Source of the DNA: an uncultured Methanobacteriaceae archaeon
GTDB lineage: Archaea; Methanobacteriota; Methanobacteria; Methanobacteriales; Methanobacteriaceae
DNA length: 32,000 bases
Direction: 5' to 3'
NCBI GenBank assembly: GCA_963698135.1
Contig: CAVOPP010000011.1
Coordinates: forward strand, 198,954-230,953
Below are positions 19,100-28,800 of the stretch, one piece after another (position 1 is the stretch's first letter; every line of letters starts with the position of its first letter). The translations under genes and the position numbers were made by a program. Under the pieces are notes generated by a model. It was given only the letters and a program-made list of their open reading frames with translations. It had not been told where the DNA came from and made no database searches.

Positions 19100-19648
19100 T
19101 TATGATTTTGCTAAGTATTTAGCCTTCGTTACATGAGATTTACCATGAACTAGACAATAATCAGCGTCACAAGCACTGCAAACCCACATTCCTTCCGGAC
19201 ATGAGCTTCCACGTTCGTATTTTACCTTCCCTAACTTTTTACAGTAGGGACAGTAATTTTTGAATTTTGATGTGTGTTCCTTGTAATCCTGGTGTAAACT
19301 GCAAGAACATCGGCCAGTTGATTCCACGTATTCTGAAGTTGCATAAACTTTGGAAGCCCCTACCTTAGCTAAATAGGATTTAGTGGATTTTCTGGTTTTT
19401 TTCTTGTATTTATGGTACTTTCTGTATTTCTTATACTTATTGTACTTCTTGTACTTCTTGTATTTTTTATATTTCTTGTATTTTTTATATTTCTTATATG
19501 CATCCACAGCAGGTGCTTTAGTTACCTGTGCAGTTACTTTTGTAGTATCTACATTTTTGGATACATTAATTTCTCCAAAAATCGGCACAATGGACACCAC
19601 CATACAAGTTGCTAGTGCCAGGGCCATAATTGCTCTTCGCGTAATTAT
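19100..19648 (-). CDS. Secreted Lys/Tyr-repeat protein with a Cys-rich, probably zinc-binding C-terminus
   Basis: Signal-like N-terminus (ITRRAIMALALATCMVVSIVPIFG), then YKKYKKYKKY... repeat, then CSCSLHQ...CPYCKKLGKVKYERG...CPEGMWVCSACDADYCLVHGKSH. The track start is ATG 19627; the ribosome binding site is at 19653-19657. Confidence 0.75.
   Translation of the reverse strand: MITRRAIMALALATCMVVSIVPIFGEINVSKNVDTTKVTAQVTKAPAVDAYKKYKKYKKYKKYKKYKKYNKYKKYRKYHKYKKKTRKSTKSYLAKVGASKVYATSEYVESTGRCSCSLHQDYKEHTSKFKNYCPYCKKLGKVKYERGSSCPEGMWVCSACDADYCLVHGKSHVTKAKYLAKS
19397..19498 (-). repeat. In-frame KKY repeat tract (9-bp unit), degenerate at one end
   Basis: YKKYKKYKKYKKYKKYKKYNKYKKYRKYHKYKKK. Confidence 0.9.
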
Positions 19649-20454
19649 ACCGCCTCCATGTCCAAATTAGGAAAATACCCAATTTAGAGCACATTCTAGA
19701 CAATAGATATGAAGTCTACCTTCTCATATAAATGTTTTGGTCAAAAATTGGAAAAAAAGAGTTATTAGGGCTCTTTTTTTTCTATAAAGAGCTCTTAGAA
19801 GTTATTGAAAAAAGAAGTTAGTGAGCAGTGCTAATTAATGGCAATTTAGGCCTTATACCAGCAAATAATGCTTTTTTTCTGAAAAAAAGGCTTTTAATTT
19901 CTTTTAATCTCGACTCACAGATATCCAAATAGGATTTAAATATTGATAAATAAGCGATTTATAGTTTAAAAAGAGTGAATTAACCTTATTTTAAACTAAA
20001 GGCCGCTTATAAATATTTTTAATAAAAAAATGTGTTAAATACCTTAATTTAAACACAAAATACCCTATGGTGATTTTTTTGATTTTTAAGTTTTTATAAT
20101 TATTTCAAAATACTGAAAAATATCTTAAAATTGATTTCATAACTAATAAGAGCAAAATATATAATAAATATCCAAATAAACTTTTAAAAAAGTTTTTTTT
20201 AATAAAAAATTTCTTCATTTAAAAAATTCAAGATTCCAGCTTTTAATCAGCCATTTATTTACCTATATTCTGAAATTTTAATTTAATTTCCAGGTGAAAC
20301 AAATTCTATTATTAAGAATTTGATATTTTGAAAAATTTGGAAAAATTCGAAATGATTAAAATTATTTTCTAATTAAGATTATTTCAATTTATTTCATTAT
20401 TCTCCAGACGGTCTACCATAAGACATTATAGTTCAGGAGCACTAATATTATTCA

Positions 20455-21570
20455 ATGAATACTATGCGCAAAATGCAGGTCCTGAGCGATACCGCACAGT
20501 TCGATCTGTGTGACTATGTGAACCATCAAACGCAGTCCCGGCCTAATTTACCGGGGATTTATTACAGTACAGTGAGTGGTGGCTGCCAGGTTCCGTTATT
20601 TAAAGTTTTAATGACCAATAAATGCCGTAATGATTGCAAATATTGTGTTAATCATAGTAAGAGAAATTTTACCAGAATGGAACTTACTCCGGAAGAATTG
20701 ACACGGGTTTTCTTGAATTATTATCAAAATAAATATGTAGAAGGATTATTTTTAAGTTCAGGGATTTCTGGAGATATTGATCCATCCATGGAGAAAGTGG
20801 TGGAAGTAGCCCGTCTTTTAAGATTAGAGCATGGTTATTCAGGTTATATTCACCTGAAAATTCTTCCCGGTTCATCAAAAGACCTTATTAAAAGGGCTAT
20901 GGGTTTAGCTAATAGAGTAAGTGTAAATATTGAGGCAGCGACCCCTGATGGCCTGGCAGAGCTTTCCAGTACCAAGGACTATCAAAAAGATATCATGCGT
21001 CGTTTAAAATGGATAAGAAATATCCATAATAAAGATCCACTTTACGCCCCTTCTGGTCAAACTACCCAGTTGATTGTGGGGGCCACCGATGAAACTGACG
21101 AAGATATCTTGAACAGGGTTAAGTGGCTTTATGATAAATTAGATGTTAAAAGAAGCTATTTTAGTAGTTTTAAACCACTGGAAGATACACCCCTGCAAAA
21201 TAGGGGAGAACCCCACCCTAAAAGATCAAATCGACTTTATCAGGCCGATGCCCTTTTGAATTCCTATAATTTTGACTTAAAAGAGCTTATTTTTCAGGAC
21301 AGTGGACTTTTAAATGTAGGAGAGGATCCTAAATATTCAGCAGCACTGGAAATGGATATTTTCCCTGTAGAAATAAATCAAGCACCTTACCGTCATTTAA
21401 TCCGGGTCCCGGGAATAGGTACTGTATCTGCTAAAAAGATTATAGTTATTCGTAAAAAGAGACCATTTACTAAATTGGAAGAATTGAAAAAATTAGGTGT
21501 GGTCGTGGGAAGAGCTGAACCATTTATTAAACTTAAAGGAATTTATCAGACCGCGCTGGATGTTTTTTAA
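20455..21570 (+). CDS. Radical SAM protein of the putative DNA modification/repair type, with C-terminal helix-hairpin-helix motifs
   Basis: TNKCRNDCKYCVNHSKRN (CxxxCxxC), SGISGDIDPSMEKVVE, C-terminal RVPGIGTVSAKKIIVIRKKRPFTKLEELKKLG. Resembles TIGR03916-type proteins. Confidence 0.8.
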   Translation: MNTMRKMQVLSDTAQFDLCDYVNHQTQSRPNLPGIYYSTVSGGCQVPLFKVLMTNKCRNDCKYCVNHSKRNFTRMELTPEELTRVFLNYYQNKYVEGLFLSSGISGDIDPSMEKVVEVARLLRLEHGYSGYIHLKILPGSSKDLIKRAMGLANRVSVNIEAATPDGLAELSSTKDYQKDIMRRLKWIRNIHNKDPLYAPSGQTTQLIVGATDETDEDILNRVKWLYDKLDVKRSYFSSFKPLEDTPLQNRGEPHPKRSNRLYQADALLNSYNFDLKELIFQDSGLLNVGEDPKYSAALEMDIFPVEINQAPYRHLIRVPGIGTVSAKKIIVIRKKRPFTKLEELKKLGVVVGRAEPFIKLKGIYQTALDVF

Positions 21571-21611
21571 TTTAATATTATATATTATGTATTGTGATAA
21601 CCTAAAATGAA

Positions 21612-21631
21612 TTATAAGTTATAACTTATAA
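21612..21631. repeat. Perfect 20-bp palindrome TTATAAGTTATAACTTATAA; related TTATAACTTATAA at 21647-21659
   Basis: Direct reading: the sequence equals its own reverse complement. It lies between the convergent radical SAM gene and the ParA-partner gene. Confidence 0.85.
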
Positions 21632-21703
21632 GTTATGTGTTATAATTTATAACTTATAATAAAAATATTTTAAAAAAAATATTATTTAATGAATTTAAAG
21701 TGA

Positions 21704-22270
21704 CTATAATTCGTCAAATAGATCCCATATCTCAGGATATTTCTCTTTTACGGCATCTTCAATTAATTTAGAAGCTTCTTTACTGATACTAAATTCTGGC
21801 TGAGTTTTTTTAAGATACCTTAAAACTGCCGCCGAACGAGAAGACCAGAGAGTTATCCGAGGATTTTTTCTAACATCACTTGTTACCATGTTTATTCTTT
21901 CAGCATCAGCAGAAATTGGTTTTTTATTACCCGATTCTTTACTCTCAGAATATTTTTCAGTTGATAAAACCTCTGCTGATTCATTGGTTTTTTTATTAGA
22001 ACTAGATGAAGATGATTTGGTGGATTTTGTAGAATTAGATTTTTTTCTTTTACTTGACTTTTTAACAGATTCGATTTTAGAATTATATGTATCTGAATCT
22101 TTAATGCTATCTGATTTTTTCTTTAAAATATCTTTTTCGTCTTTATCAGACTCAAAGCTCCCTGATTCCTCTTGAGGCTCTTCTCTAGTTTTGGATTTAA
22201 TAAGAGCGTCCAAACCCATTCCTAATCCCGAACTTTTTGAAGGAGATTTACGTCGGGCCATTTTAACCAT
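21704..22270 (-). CDS. ParB-like N-terminal motif protein with Ser/Lys-rich linker and short helical C-terminus; likely ParA partner
   Basis: MARRKSPSKSSGLGMGLDALIKS resembles ParB N-termini. No ParB nuclease-like/HTH region. Overlaps the 3' end of the ParA gene; an alternative start (ATGGCC) lies just after the ParA stop. Confidence 0.7.
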   Translation of the reverse strand: MVKMARRKSPSKSSGLGMGLDALIKSKTREEPQEESGSFESDKDEKDILKKKSDSIKDSDTYNSKIESVKKSSKRKKSNSTKSTKSSSSSSNKKTNESAEVLSTEKYSESKESGNKKPISADAERINMVTSDVRKNPRITLWSSRSAAVLRYLKKTQPEFSISKEASKLIEDAVKEKYPEIWDLFDEL

Positions 22271-23048
22271 CCCGTTTGAGAAGTTCCTGGGCCAGTTTCA
22301 AATAGGCAGTAGTTCCAGCACTTTCTTGATCATAAAGAATACATGGTTTTCCATAACTGGGGGCCTCTGCCAACCTCACATTACGAGGTATGGTGGTTTT
22401 AAATATGTATTCCTTCTCACCAAAGTATTTTTTTACTTCTTGATGGACATCCCTAGCCAGACGTGTTCTAGAATCATACAAAGTTATTAAAATTCCCTTA
22501 ACCGGGGATGAACTCTGTAAACGTTCTTCTACAAGATTTATAGTTTTCAGTAAATCTGCCATTCCTTCCAAAGCATAGTATTCTGCTTGTATAGGTATTA
22601 TAACGCTATCTGATGCAACCAATGCATTTAAAGTGAGTATTCCCAGGGAAGGGGGAACATCAATCAATATATAATCAAACATTCCTTTAACAACTTTTAA
22701 TGAATCCTGTAAAATGGAATGGTAACCGATTTCTCTACTAAGTTCAACTTCTGCCCCACTAAGTGAAATATTACTTGGAACAAGGTATAAATCGTCCAGA
22801 ACAGTGGGAATCATGGCTTCTTCCATATTATTCTGCCGGGTCAACACAGAGTATATGGTATTTTCCAATTCTCCTTTTTGAACACCAAATCCCGTTGTAG
22901 CATTTCCCTGGGGATCCAGGTCAATAACCAGGACCTTCTTATCCATTAGAGCCAGTGCAGTCGACAAATTCACAGCTGTGGTTGTTTTTCCACACCCGCC
23001 TTTTTGATTAATAATTGAAATTACTTCACCCATGAAAAAACCTCGCAA
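22263..23048 (-). CDS. parA: ParA/Soj-family chromosome partitioning ATPase
   Basis: ISIINQKGGCGKTTTAVNLSTALA deviant Walker A, VLVIDLDPQGNATTGFG, and DYILIDVPPSLGILTLNAL. Confidence 0.93.
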   Translation of the reverse strand: MRGFFMGEVISIINQKGGCGKTTTAVNLSTALALMDKKVLVIDLDPQGNATTGFGVQKGELENTIYSVLTRQNNMEEAMIPTVLDDLYLVPSNISLSGAEVELSREIGYHSILQDSLKVVKGMFDYILIDVPPSLGILTLNALVASDSVIIPIQAEYYALEGMADLLKTINLVEERLQSSSPVKGILITLYDSRTRLARDVHQEVKKYFGEKEYIFKTTIPRNVRLAEAPSYGKPCILYDQESAGTTAYLKLAQELLKRDG

Positions 23049-23130
23049 GACTAGTTAAATTAAGATTTATGAGAATCATTTTATTTTATATACATTTAAA
23101 GTCTCATTAATCTATTCTTAATTATAATAA

Positions 23131-23150
23131 TTATAAGTTATAAGTTATAA
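23131..23150. repeat. TTATAAGTTATAAGTTATAA repeat upstream of parA
   Basis: Direct reading; same core as the elements at 21612-21631 and 3661-3676. Confidence 0.8.
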
Positions 23151-23372
23151 TTATTTTGGTTATTGTAGAATCAATGCAGGTCTAATTATAGAATAATAAA
23201 CAATACTAACCTAATAGTGGCCTAACCATGTTTTATTAGATCATTTAGATAATTAGAGATTAAATTACATGAAAATAGATAAAAACTAAAAAAACAAAAT
23301 GAGTCAGAAAGAAAGAAAAAATGAAAAAAGAATGAGATATTAATCTAATTAGGAAATCAATTAGAAATCTTA

Positions 23373-25202
23373 TTAGAAATTAATTCTCTGGGAAAGCTTT
23401 AAGGGTAGTGGAAGGGCTCTGAAAGGCATATCCCTGGTTTCTTCTTTAATTATTTTTACCAGATCTTCTGTGCTCATGGCCTGCTTTTGGTTGGTTTCCC
23501 TAATGTTAATGGTTAGTTCTCCGCTTGAAAGCTCATTATCTCCAATAACCGCCACATAAGGCACCCAATCAGTGGCAGCATTCCTAATTTTTTTACCTAC
23601 TGTTTCCGGCCGATCATCAACATCCACCCGGACATTTTGATCCTTTAATTCACGGGCCAGTTCCAGGGCATAATCCATATGCCTTTCTGCAATAGGTAGG
23701 ATTCTGACCTGAGTAGGGGAAAGCCATACTGGTAACATAGGGGGTTTCTCATTCATTTCTATGGCAGTCTTTTCCAGCAAGCTGCAAATAACACGTTCTA
23801 TACTTCCGGTAGGGCTGCAGTGAAGGATAATTGGATAATCTTCTTCTTCATTTTCTTCCAGGAATGTTATACCAAATCTTTCTCCGCTTTCCACATCAAT
23901 CTGTACTGTGGGATTTTCAATAGGTCTTCCCAGATAATCTATGGCTGCAAAGTCCATTTTAGAAATCCAGTAGTGTTTTCTCTCAGGTAGAATTTCCAGA
24001 AGCACTGGTTTTCCTATTTTACTTGCCGAAGCATGCATCCATTCTTTATATTCGTTGTAAAAGTCCTGGGTGGCCCGGAATATGACTTCGTAATTCACAT
24101 TGAAGTCCTCTCCGGTTTGCATACAAAGGTCTATCTGCCGGTCAAATTCCACCAGTGATTGGCCTAAATCCCGACAAACTGTGTGAAGATCCGGCATGGT
24201 GAATCCACGCAGACGTTTAAGACCCACAACTTCTCCTTTTTTCTCCATCCGGAAACTGTAAGTAGAAAGTTCGTATATCCGGGCTGGTAAGTTCTTCCAG
24301 GTGAGGAATGAATCAGATAAAACTCTAAAAGCACCAAAACAACAGGCGTATCGTAGCATGAGCTCTTTTTTCTTGTGACCCATCCGATACTGCCTTTCTC
24401 CGAATTTCTCAGCATGCACCCGAATAGCATCGTCTGCCAGATCATACATAATTGGAGTTTCCACCGGCATGGCCCCTTCTTTGGTTACCAGGAGATAGAC
24501 GTAATCCGCCAGCAAGTCCCTAATTAAACGGCCTTTAGGATACCATCGAAGGTGTCCCACATCAGCAGAAGGCTCATAATCTGCCAATCCCTTTTCTTTC
24601 ATTAATTTGACGTGAGGCGGTTCTTCACCAGATGATTCTGATTTTCCCAGTTCATATTTGGTGAGCTGTTCCAGGTCTTTGTTGTGGAACTCAAATTCTT
24701 CAGGAGATATAAGCTGTCCTTTATCCATAATATACCATTTGGATTCCTCTCCTTTTTCCTTCTCTTTTTCCTCGGTTTTTTGAGAAGTAATGGTTCGGGA
24801 GAGTTCTGATAAAGGGTGTCCTTTACAGGAAACTTCAAAGGATTTGTACCATCCAAATGGTACCCGGGCCACTTTAATGTCCTTTTTTGCCAGTTCAGAT
24901 TCAATTTCAACCAGTATCTTTTTAGCAGCATCAGGAGAACTTAAAGAAGAGCTAAGGTGAGCATATGGATAAACTACTACGTTTTCTGCTCCTACTTTAG
25001 AGAAAACGTCTGCTATTTCTTTTACCGCGTTTTCCACTACACCATGCATGTCAGATTCGTCTTCTTTTTCTACGGCAGTGAAAGCTACTAAAGAGTTTTC
25101 AAATGAACCTTTCTTCTTTTCATCGTCTATTTTTTCAGCTATTTTTGTTTTGGACTTGGTTTGATACTTTAAATAATCAGAATGAATTAAAAGTACGCGC
25201 AT
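23373..25202 (-). CDS. thrS: Threonyl-tRNA synthetase (archaeal type)
   Basis: [25 protein letters not shown] (archaeal N-terminal editing domain), [29 protein letters not shown] and [14 protein letters not shown]. Confidence 0.96.
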   Translation of the reverse strand: MRVLLIHSDYLKYQTKSKTKIAEKIDDEKKKGSFENSLVAFTAVEKEDESDMHGVVENAVKEIADVFSKVGAENVVVYPYAHLSSSLSSPDAAKKILVEIESELAKKDIKVARVPFGWYKSFEVSCKGHPLSELSRTITSQKTEEKEKEKGEESKWYIMDKGQLISPEEFEFHNKDLEQLTKYELGKSESSGEEPPHVKLMKEKGLADYEPSADVGHLRWYPKGRLIRDLLADYVYLLVTKEGAMPVETPIMYDLADDAIRVHAEKFGERQYRMGHKKKELMLRYACCFGAFRVLSDSFLTWKNLPARIYELSTYSFRMEKKGEVVGLKRLRGFTMPDLHTVCRDLGQSLVEFDRQIDLCMQTGEDFNVNYEVIFRATQDFYNEYKEWMHASASKIGKPVLLEILPERKHYWISKMDFAAIDYLGRPIENPTVQIDVESGERFGITFLEENEEEDYPIILHCSPTGSIERVICSLLEKTAIEMNEKPPMLPVWLSPTQVRILPIAERHMDYALELARELKDQNVRVDVDDRPETVGKKIRNAATDWVPYVAVIGDNELSSGELTINIRETNQKQAMSTEDLVKIIKEETRDMPFRALPLPLKLSQRINF

Positions 25203-25479
25203 TTAATCACCTTCTTCTATGAAGAGGGGTATAATCTTCTTCTAGAATTAATATAAAATTGTCTATAAATAAAATCTGCAATATTATTATATAAGATTAT
25301 CCTCATGATGATAATAAAATTTCTTTTTAATAAAATATCAAGCAATTTCTTCGAATAAAAAATAAGAAAAATTGAAAAAAACTTATTTTTAAAGAAAATC
25401 AGTGAAAAATTAGATAATTAGATTTAATTAAATATTAAAAAATTAAAAAATTTTAATTTCAAGGTTTAAAGACTTTTTT

Positions 25480-26277
25480 TTACTTCTTTTCTGGCCTTTT
25501 AGGCATGTCTCCTTTCCACATGGTCTCAAATACATTGGCATAGTTCTGGGCAATTTCCTGATACTGATTCCAGACCCCAATGGCGCTTTGGGCCACCGCC
25601 CTTTTTTCTTTTCCTGAAAACTTAGAAAATATAAGCATCATTTCTTTGCCATCCCTTACAATCATTTTAACAAAGGGTATCTGATAAATCCTAACCTCGG
25701 CCTTTATTCCATCCAATTCCCGGGCCATGTCAATCTTTTCCTCGTCAATGACTGTAAAAGGAGCAGCCATTATTTTTGTTTTCACACCCTTACGTGAGGC
25801 CTGATTAATCTTTTCTTTAAGACTGTCTGCTTCGTCTTTAAACATGAAGCCCGCCCTAATGTTTATGCTTTCTTTAGCCCGGGATATGATTTCCATTTCT
25901 TTCCGAATTATCTTTTCAGGGCCGTGAATAAGCCAGATGGGCGCAGGTAACTTGGAAATTTGGCTTTCATAATTACTGGTAAGTTCCAGTTCAGCTTCTT
26001 CCAGGTCTTCAATAAGTTTTTGCTTGGTTCGATTAAAAACTTCTGCCGGTGGTACCACATTATATTTTAATGGCCTTCCTCTCTCAATTTCCACAAATCC
26101 CTTAAGGGCCATTCCTTTTAAAATATCGTATATCCTGGATCGAGGTACCTTAGAAGCCATACTAATCTCAGTAGCTGTTCCTGATATCATAGAAGTCAAT
26201 GCCAAATATGTAGTTGCCTCATAATCCGTTAAACCTATTGTTTTCAGTGAATTCCACGTTTTTTGATCTACAGGCAC
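25480..26277 (-). CDS. TrmB-family transcriptional regulator
   Basis: LKTIGLTDYEATTYLALTSMISGTATEISMASKVPRSRIYDILKGMALKGFVEIERGRPLKYNVVPP winged-HTH. Confidence 0.9.
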   Translation of the reverse strand: MPVDQKTWNSLKTIGLTDYEATTYLALTSMISGTATEISMASKVPRSRIYDILKGMALKGFVEIERGRPLKYNVVPPAEVFNRTKQKLIEDLEEAELELTSNYESQISKLPAPIWLIHGPEKIIRKEMEIISRAKESINIRAGFMFKDEADSLKEKINQASRKGVKTKIMAAPFTVIDEEKIDMARELDGIKAEVRIYQIPFVKMIVRDGKEMMLIFSKFSGKEKRAVAQSAIGVWNQYQEIAQNYANVFETMWKGDMPKRPEKK

Positions 26278-26550
26278 TTTATCAATCCCTTAAGTAATTA
26301 TATTATTTTTAAACGGTTTTTAAGTTTAATATCGTATAAATTCTTAATAACTGTTTTTTAAGCGAGATTTGGATTTATTGTGTTAGATAATTTAGTTTCC
26401 TCGTTTTCAATCTAAATTTCAGTAAGAGAAACCTATAATTAAATATTGTTTTTTAAATATTTGTTTCATTTTATACTCTTTTAGTGACAAAAACTATTTA
26501 TAGTTTGCTGATAAGGTTTAATACAGGGAAAATATCTGGAGACCTTAAAA

Positions 26551-26706
26551 ATGAAATACCGATGCATAGTGTGCGATTACATATACAATCCGGAAAATGG
26601 AGACCCCGACAATGGAATAGAGCCTGGAATCTCCTTTGAAGACCTACCTGATGATTGGGTCTGTCCTATTTGCTTTGTAGGCAAAGACCATTTTGAGGCC
26701 CTATAA
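26551..26706 (+). CDS. Rubredoxin (51 aa; absent from the supplied ORF track)
   Basis: Reads [51 protein letters not shown] with the two rubredoxin CxxC motifs and DLPDDWVCP. Confidence 0.95.
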   Translation: MKYRCIVCDYIYNPENGDPDNGIEPGISFEDLPDDWVCPICFVGKDHFEAL

Positions 26707-26756
26707 ACTACTGTGAATGTGATTGAAATTAATAAAATAAATTAAGAGGAGATAAA

Positions 26757-28139
26757 ATGGGATTTATAGATTCAATTCGTGGAATTAATAAAAGTCAAAA
26801 TCAAGCTTCTGAAGGAGGAGATAAAGTGGAGAAAAAAGAATCATTAGATATGTTTTGTTACCAGTGCTCCCAAACTGCAAAGGGAACTGGATGTACCGTT
26901 AGAGGCGTATGTGGAAAAGAACCAACCGTAGCCAGATTACAGGATAACCTCCTGTTTGCCATAAAAGGGATTTCAGCTTACCTTTACCACGCCCGGGAAC
27001 TGGGATACACTGATGATGAAGTTGACGCCTTCATAGAAAGAGGTTTCTATTCTACCCTGACCAACGTCAACTTTGAACCAGGAAAATTCGTAGAACTGGC
27101 TTTAGAAGCAGGTAATATGAACATTAAAACCATGCAACTTCTAAAAAAGGCCCACATAGATACTTATGGTGAACCAGTGCCTACTGAAGTACCTGTTGGT
27201 GCAGTAAAAGGACCAGGAATTGTAGCTACCGGACACAGCCTCAAAGCATTAGAAGAACTCTTAAAACAAACTGAAGGTAAGGGAATAAACGTTTACACTC
27301 ACTCCGAATTGCTTCCTGCCCATGGATATCCTGGTCTTAAAAAATACAAGCATTTAGTGGGACAACTGGGAGGAGCATGGTTCGATCAGAAAAAAACTTT
27401 CGCTGATTACAATGTAGCAGTTGTAGGAACTTCAAATTGTGTTTTACTGCCTAAAGAAGAGTACAAAGGAAGAATGTTCACCGTGGGTGTAGCCGAACTT
27501 CCAGGAGTGCGACACATAGAAGATTATGACTTTACCCCGGCCATTGAAAAGGCCTTAGAACTGGGTGATCTGGAAGAAGAATCAAGAGAAACTGTTCTGA
27601 CCACCGGGTTTGGAGCTTCAACTATCCTTTCCCTGGCCCCTAAGATTAAAGAACTGGTAGAAGCTGGAAAGATCAAGCAATTCATCTTAGTAGGTGGATG
27701 TGACTCCCCACTAATTCAGGCTAAATACTACACTGAATTTGTGGAAAAATTACCCGACACCACCGTGGTTTTAACCCTGGCTTGTGGTAAATACCGATTC
27801 AATGCTATGGACCTGGGAGATATTGAAGGAGTGCCAAGACTCATAGATATAGGCCAATGTAACGATGCAATTGTTGCCGTAGACGTGGCTGTAGCTTTAA
27901 CCGAACTATTTGGCGTGGGACTAAACGAACTACCATTAACCATTGTCTTAAGCTGGATGGAACAAAAAGCAGCTGCTATTCTCTGGAGCCTACTGGCCCT
28001 GGATCTTAAAGGAATGTACATTGGGCCAATCTTACCGGGTTGGGCTAATGACGATATCCTAAATGTACTGGTTGAAAACTACGACCTTCGGCCGATTGGA
28101 AATGCAGAAGAAGATATTAAGACCATTATGGGGCAATAA
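26757..28139 (+). CDS. hcp: Hydroxylamine reductase (hybrid cluster protein)
   Basis: [51 protein letters not shown] and [13 protein letters not shown]. Confidence 0.95.
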   Translation: MGFIDSIRGINKSQNQASEGGDKVEKKESLDMFCYQCSQTAKGTGCTVRGVCGKEPTVARLQDNLLFAIKGISAYLYHARELGYTDDEVDAFIERGFYSTLTNVNFEPGKFVELALEAGNMNIKTMQLLKKAHIDTYGEPVPTEVPVGAVKGPGIVATGHSLKALEELLKQTEGKGINVYTHSELLPAHGYPGLKKYKHLVGQLGGAWFDQKKTFADYNVAVVGTSNCVLLPKEEYKGRMFTVGVAELPGVRHIEDYDFTPAIEKALELGDLEEESRETVLTTGFGASTILSLAPKIKELVEAGKIKQFILVGGCDSPLIQAKYYTEFVEKLPDTTVVLTLACGKYRFNAMDLGDIEGVPRLIDIGQCNDAIVAVDVAVALTELFGVGLNELPLTIVLSWMEQKAAAILWSLLALDLKGMYIGPILPGWANDDILNVLVENYDLRPIGNAEEDIKTIMGQ

Positions 28140-28347
28140 ATAAACCCCATTTTATTCTATTTTTATTTATGTTTCTTAAATAATTCAAATTTTAAAAAAT
28201 AAAGCATATATCTGATTAATATTATTTTTATTCATAAAATCCCCTAATTCTATTACAACTAACTTATAACAGTTAAAAATTTTAATTCTAAAATTATTTA
28301 ATAAAAAATAATTATTATAAAACGAAATATTATAATGGTGATTTAAA

Positions 28348-28671
28348 ATGCAGGAAGACTTAAAATCCAGAGCACTGGCCATAGAAGATTTAATAGATTA
28401 TCAAGAGAGATCTGTTGTAAGTAGGGAAATAGTCCGGAAAGAAACCGGAACGGTAACCATATTTGCTTTTGATAAGGGAGAGGGATTAAGTGAACACAGT
28501 GCTCCTTTTGATGCCATGGTTCAAATTGTAGATGGAAAGGCCATCATAACCATTGGGGGAGAAGAAAATACCGTCCAAAAAGGAGAAATGATTATAATGC
28601 CCGCCAATGTTCCCCATGCCCTGCATGCAGTGGAAAAATATAAAATGATATTGACCATGATAAGGTCTTAA
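28348..28671 (+). CDS. Cupin-domain protein
   Basis: FDKGEGLSEHSAPFDAMVQIVDGKAIITIGG...GEMIIMPANVPHALHA. Confidence 0.88.
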   Translation: MQEDLKSRALAIEDLIDYQERSVVSREIVRKETGTVTIFAFDKGEGLSEHSAPFDAMVQIVDGKAIITIGGEENTVQKGEMIIMPANVPHALHAVEKYKMILTMIRS

Positions 28672-28800
28672 CTCATATTCTTTTATTTTATCCAATTTAC
28701 GGATTTTAATAGTATATTTGCATAATGGAGTTATGTAATAAGTATGCTAATTGAATATAATTGTTTTTTTTAATGTATACTATTTTTAAAATAATTTAAA

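Noticed and set aside
19383-19670. Plus-strand ORFs rich in L/F/Y (MDFLVFFLYLWYFLYFLYLLYFLYF...)
   Set aside because: Antisense readings of the KKY-repeat tract; low-complexity sequence by construction.
19760-19800. GAGTTATTAGGGCTCTTTTTTTT and AAGAGCTCTT segment as a strong hairpin or ncRNA
   Set aside because: Only short, weak pairing; I cannot support more than a possible T-rich termination or promoter region.
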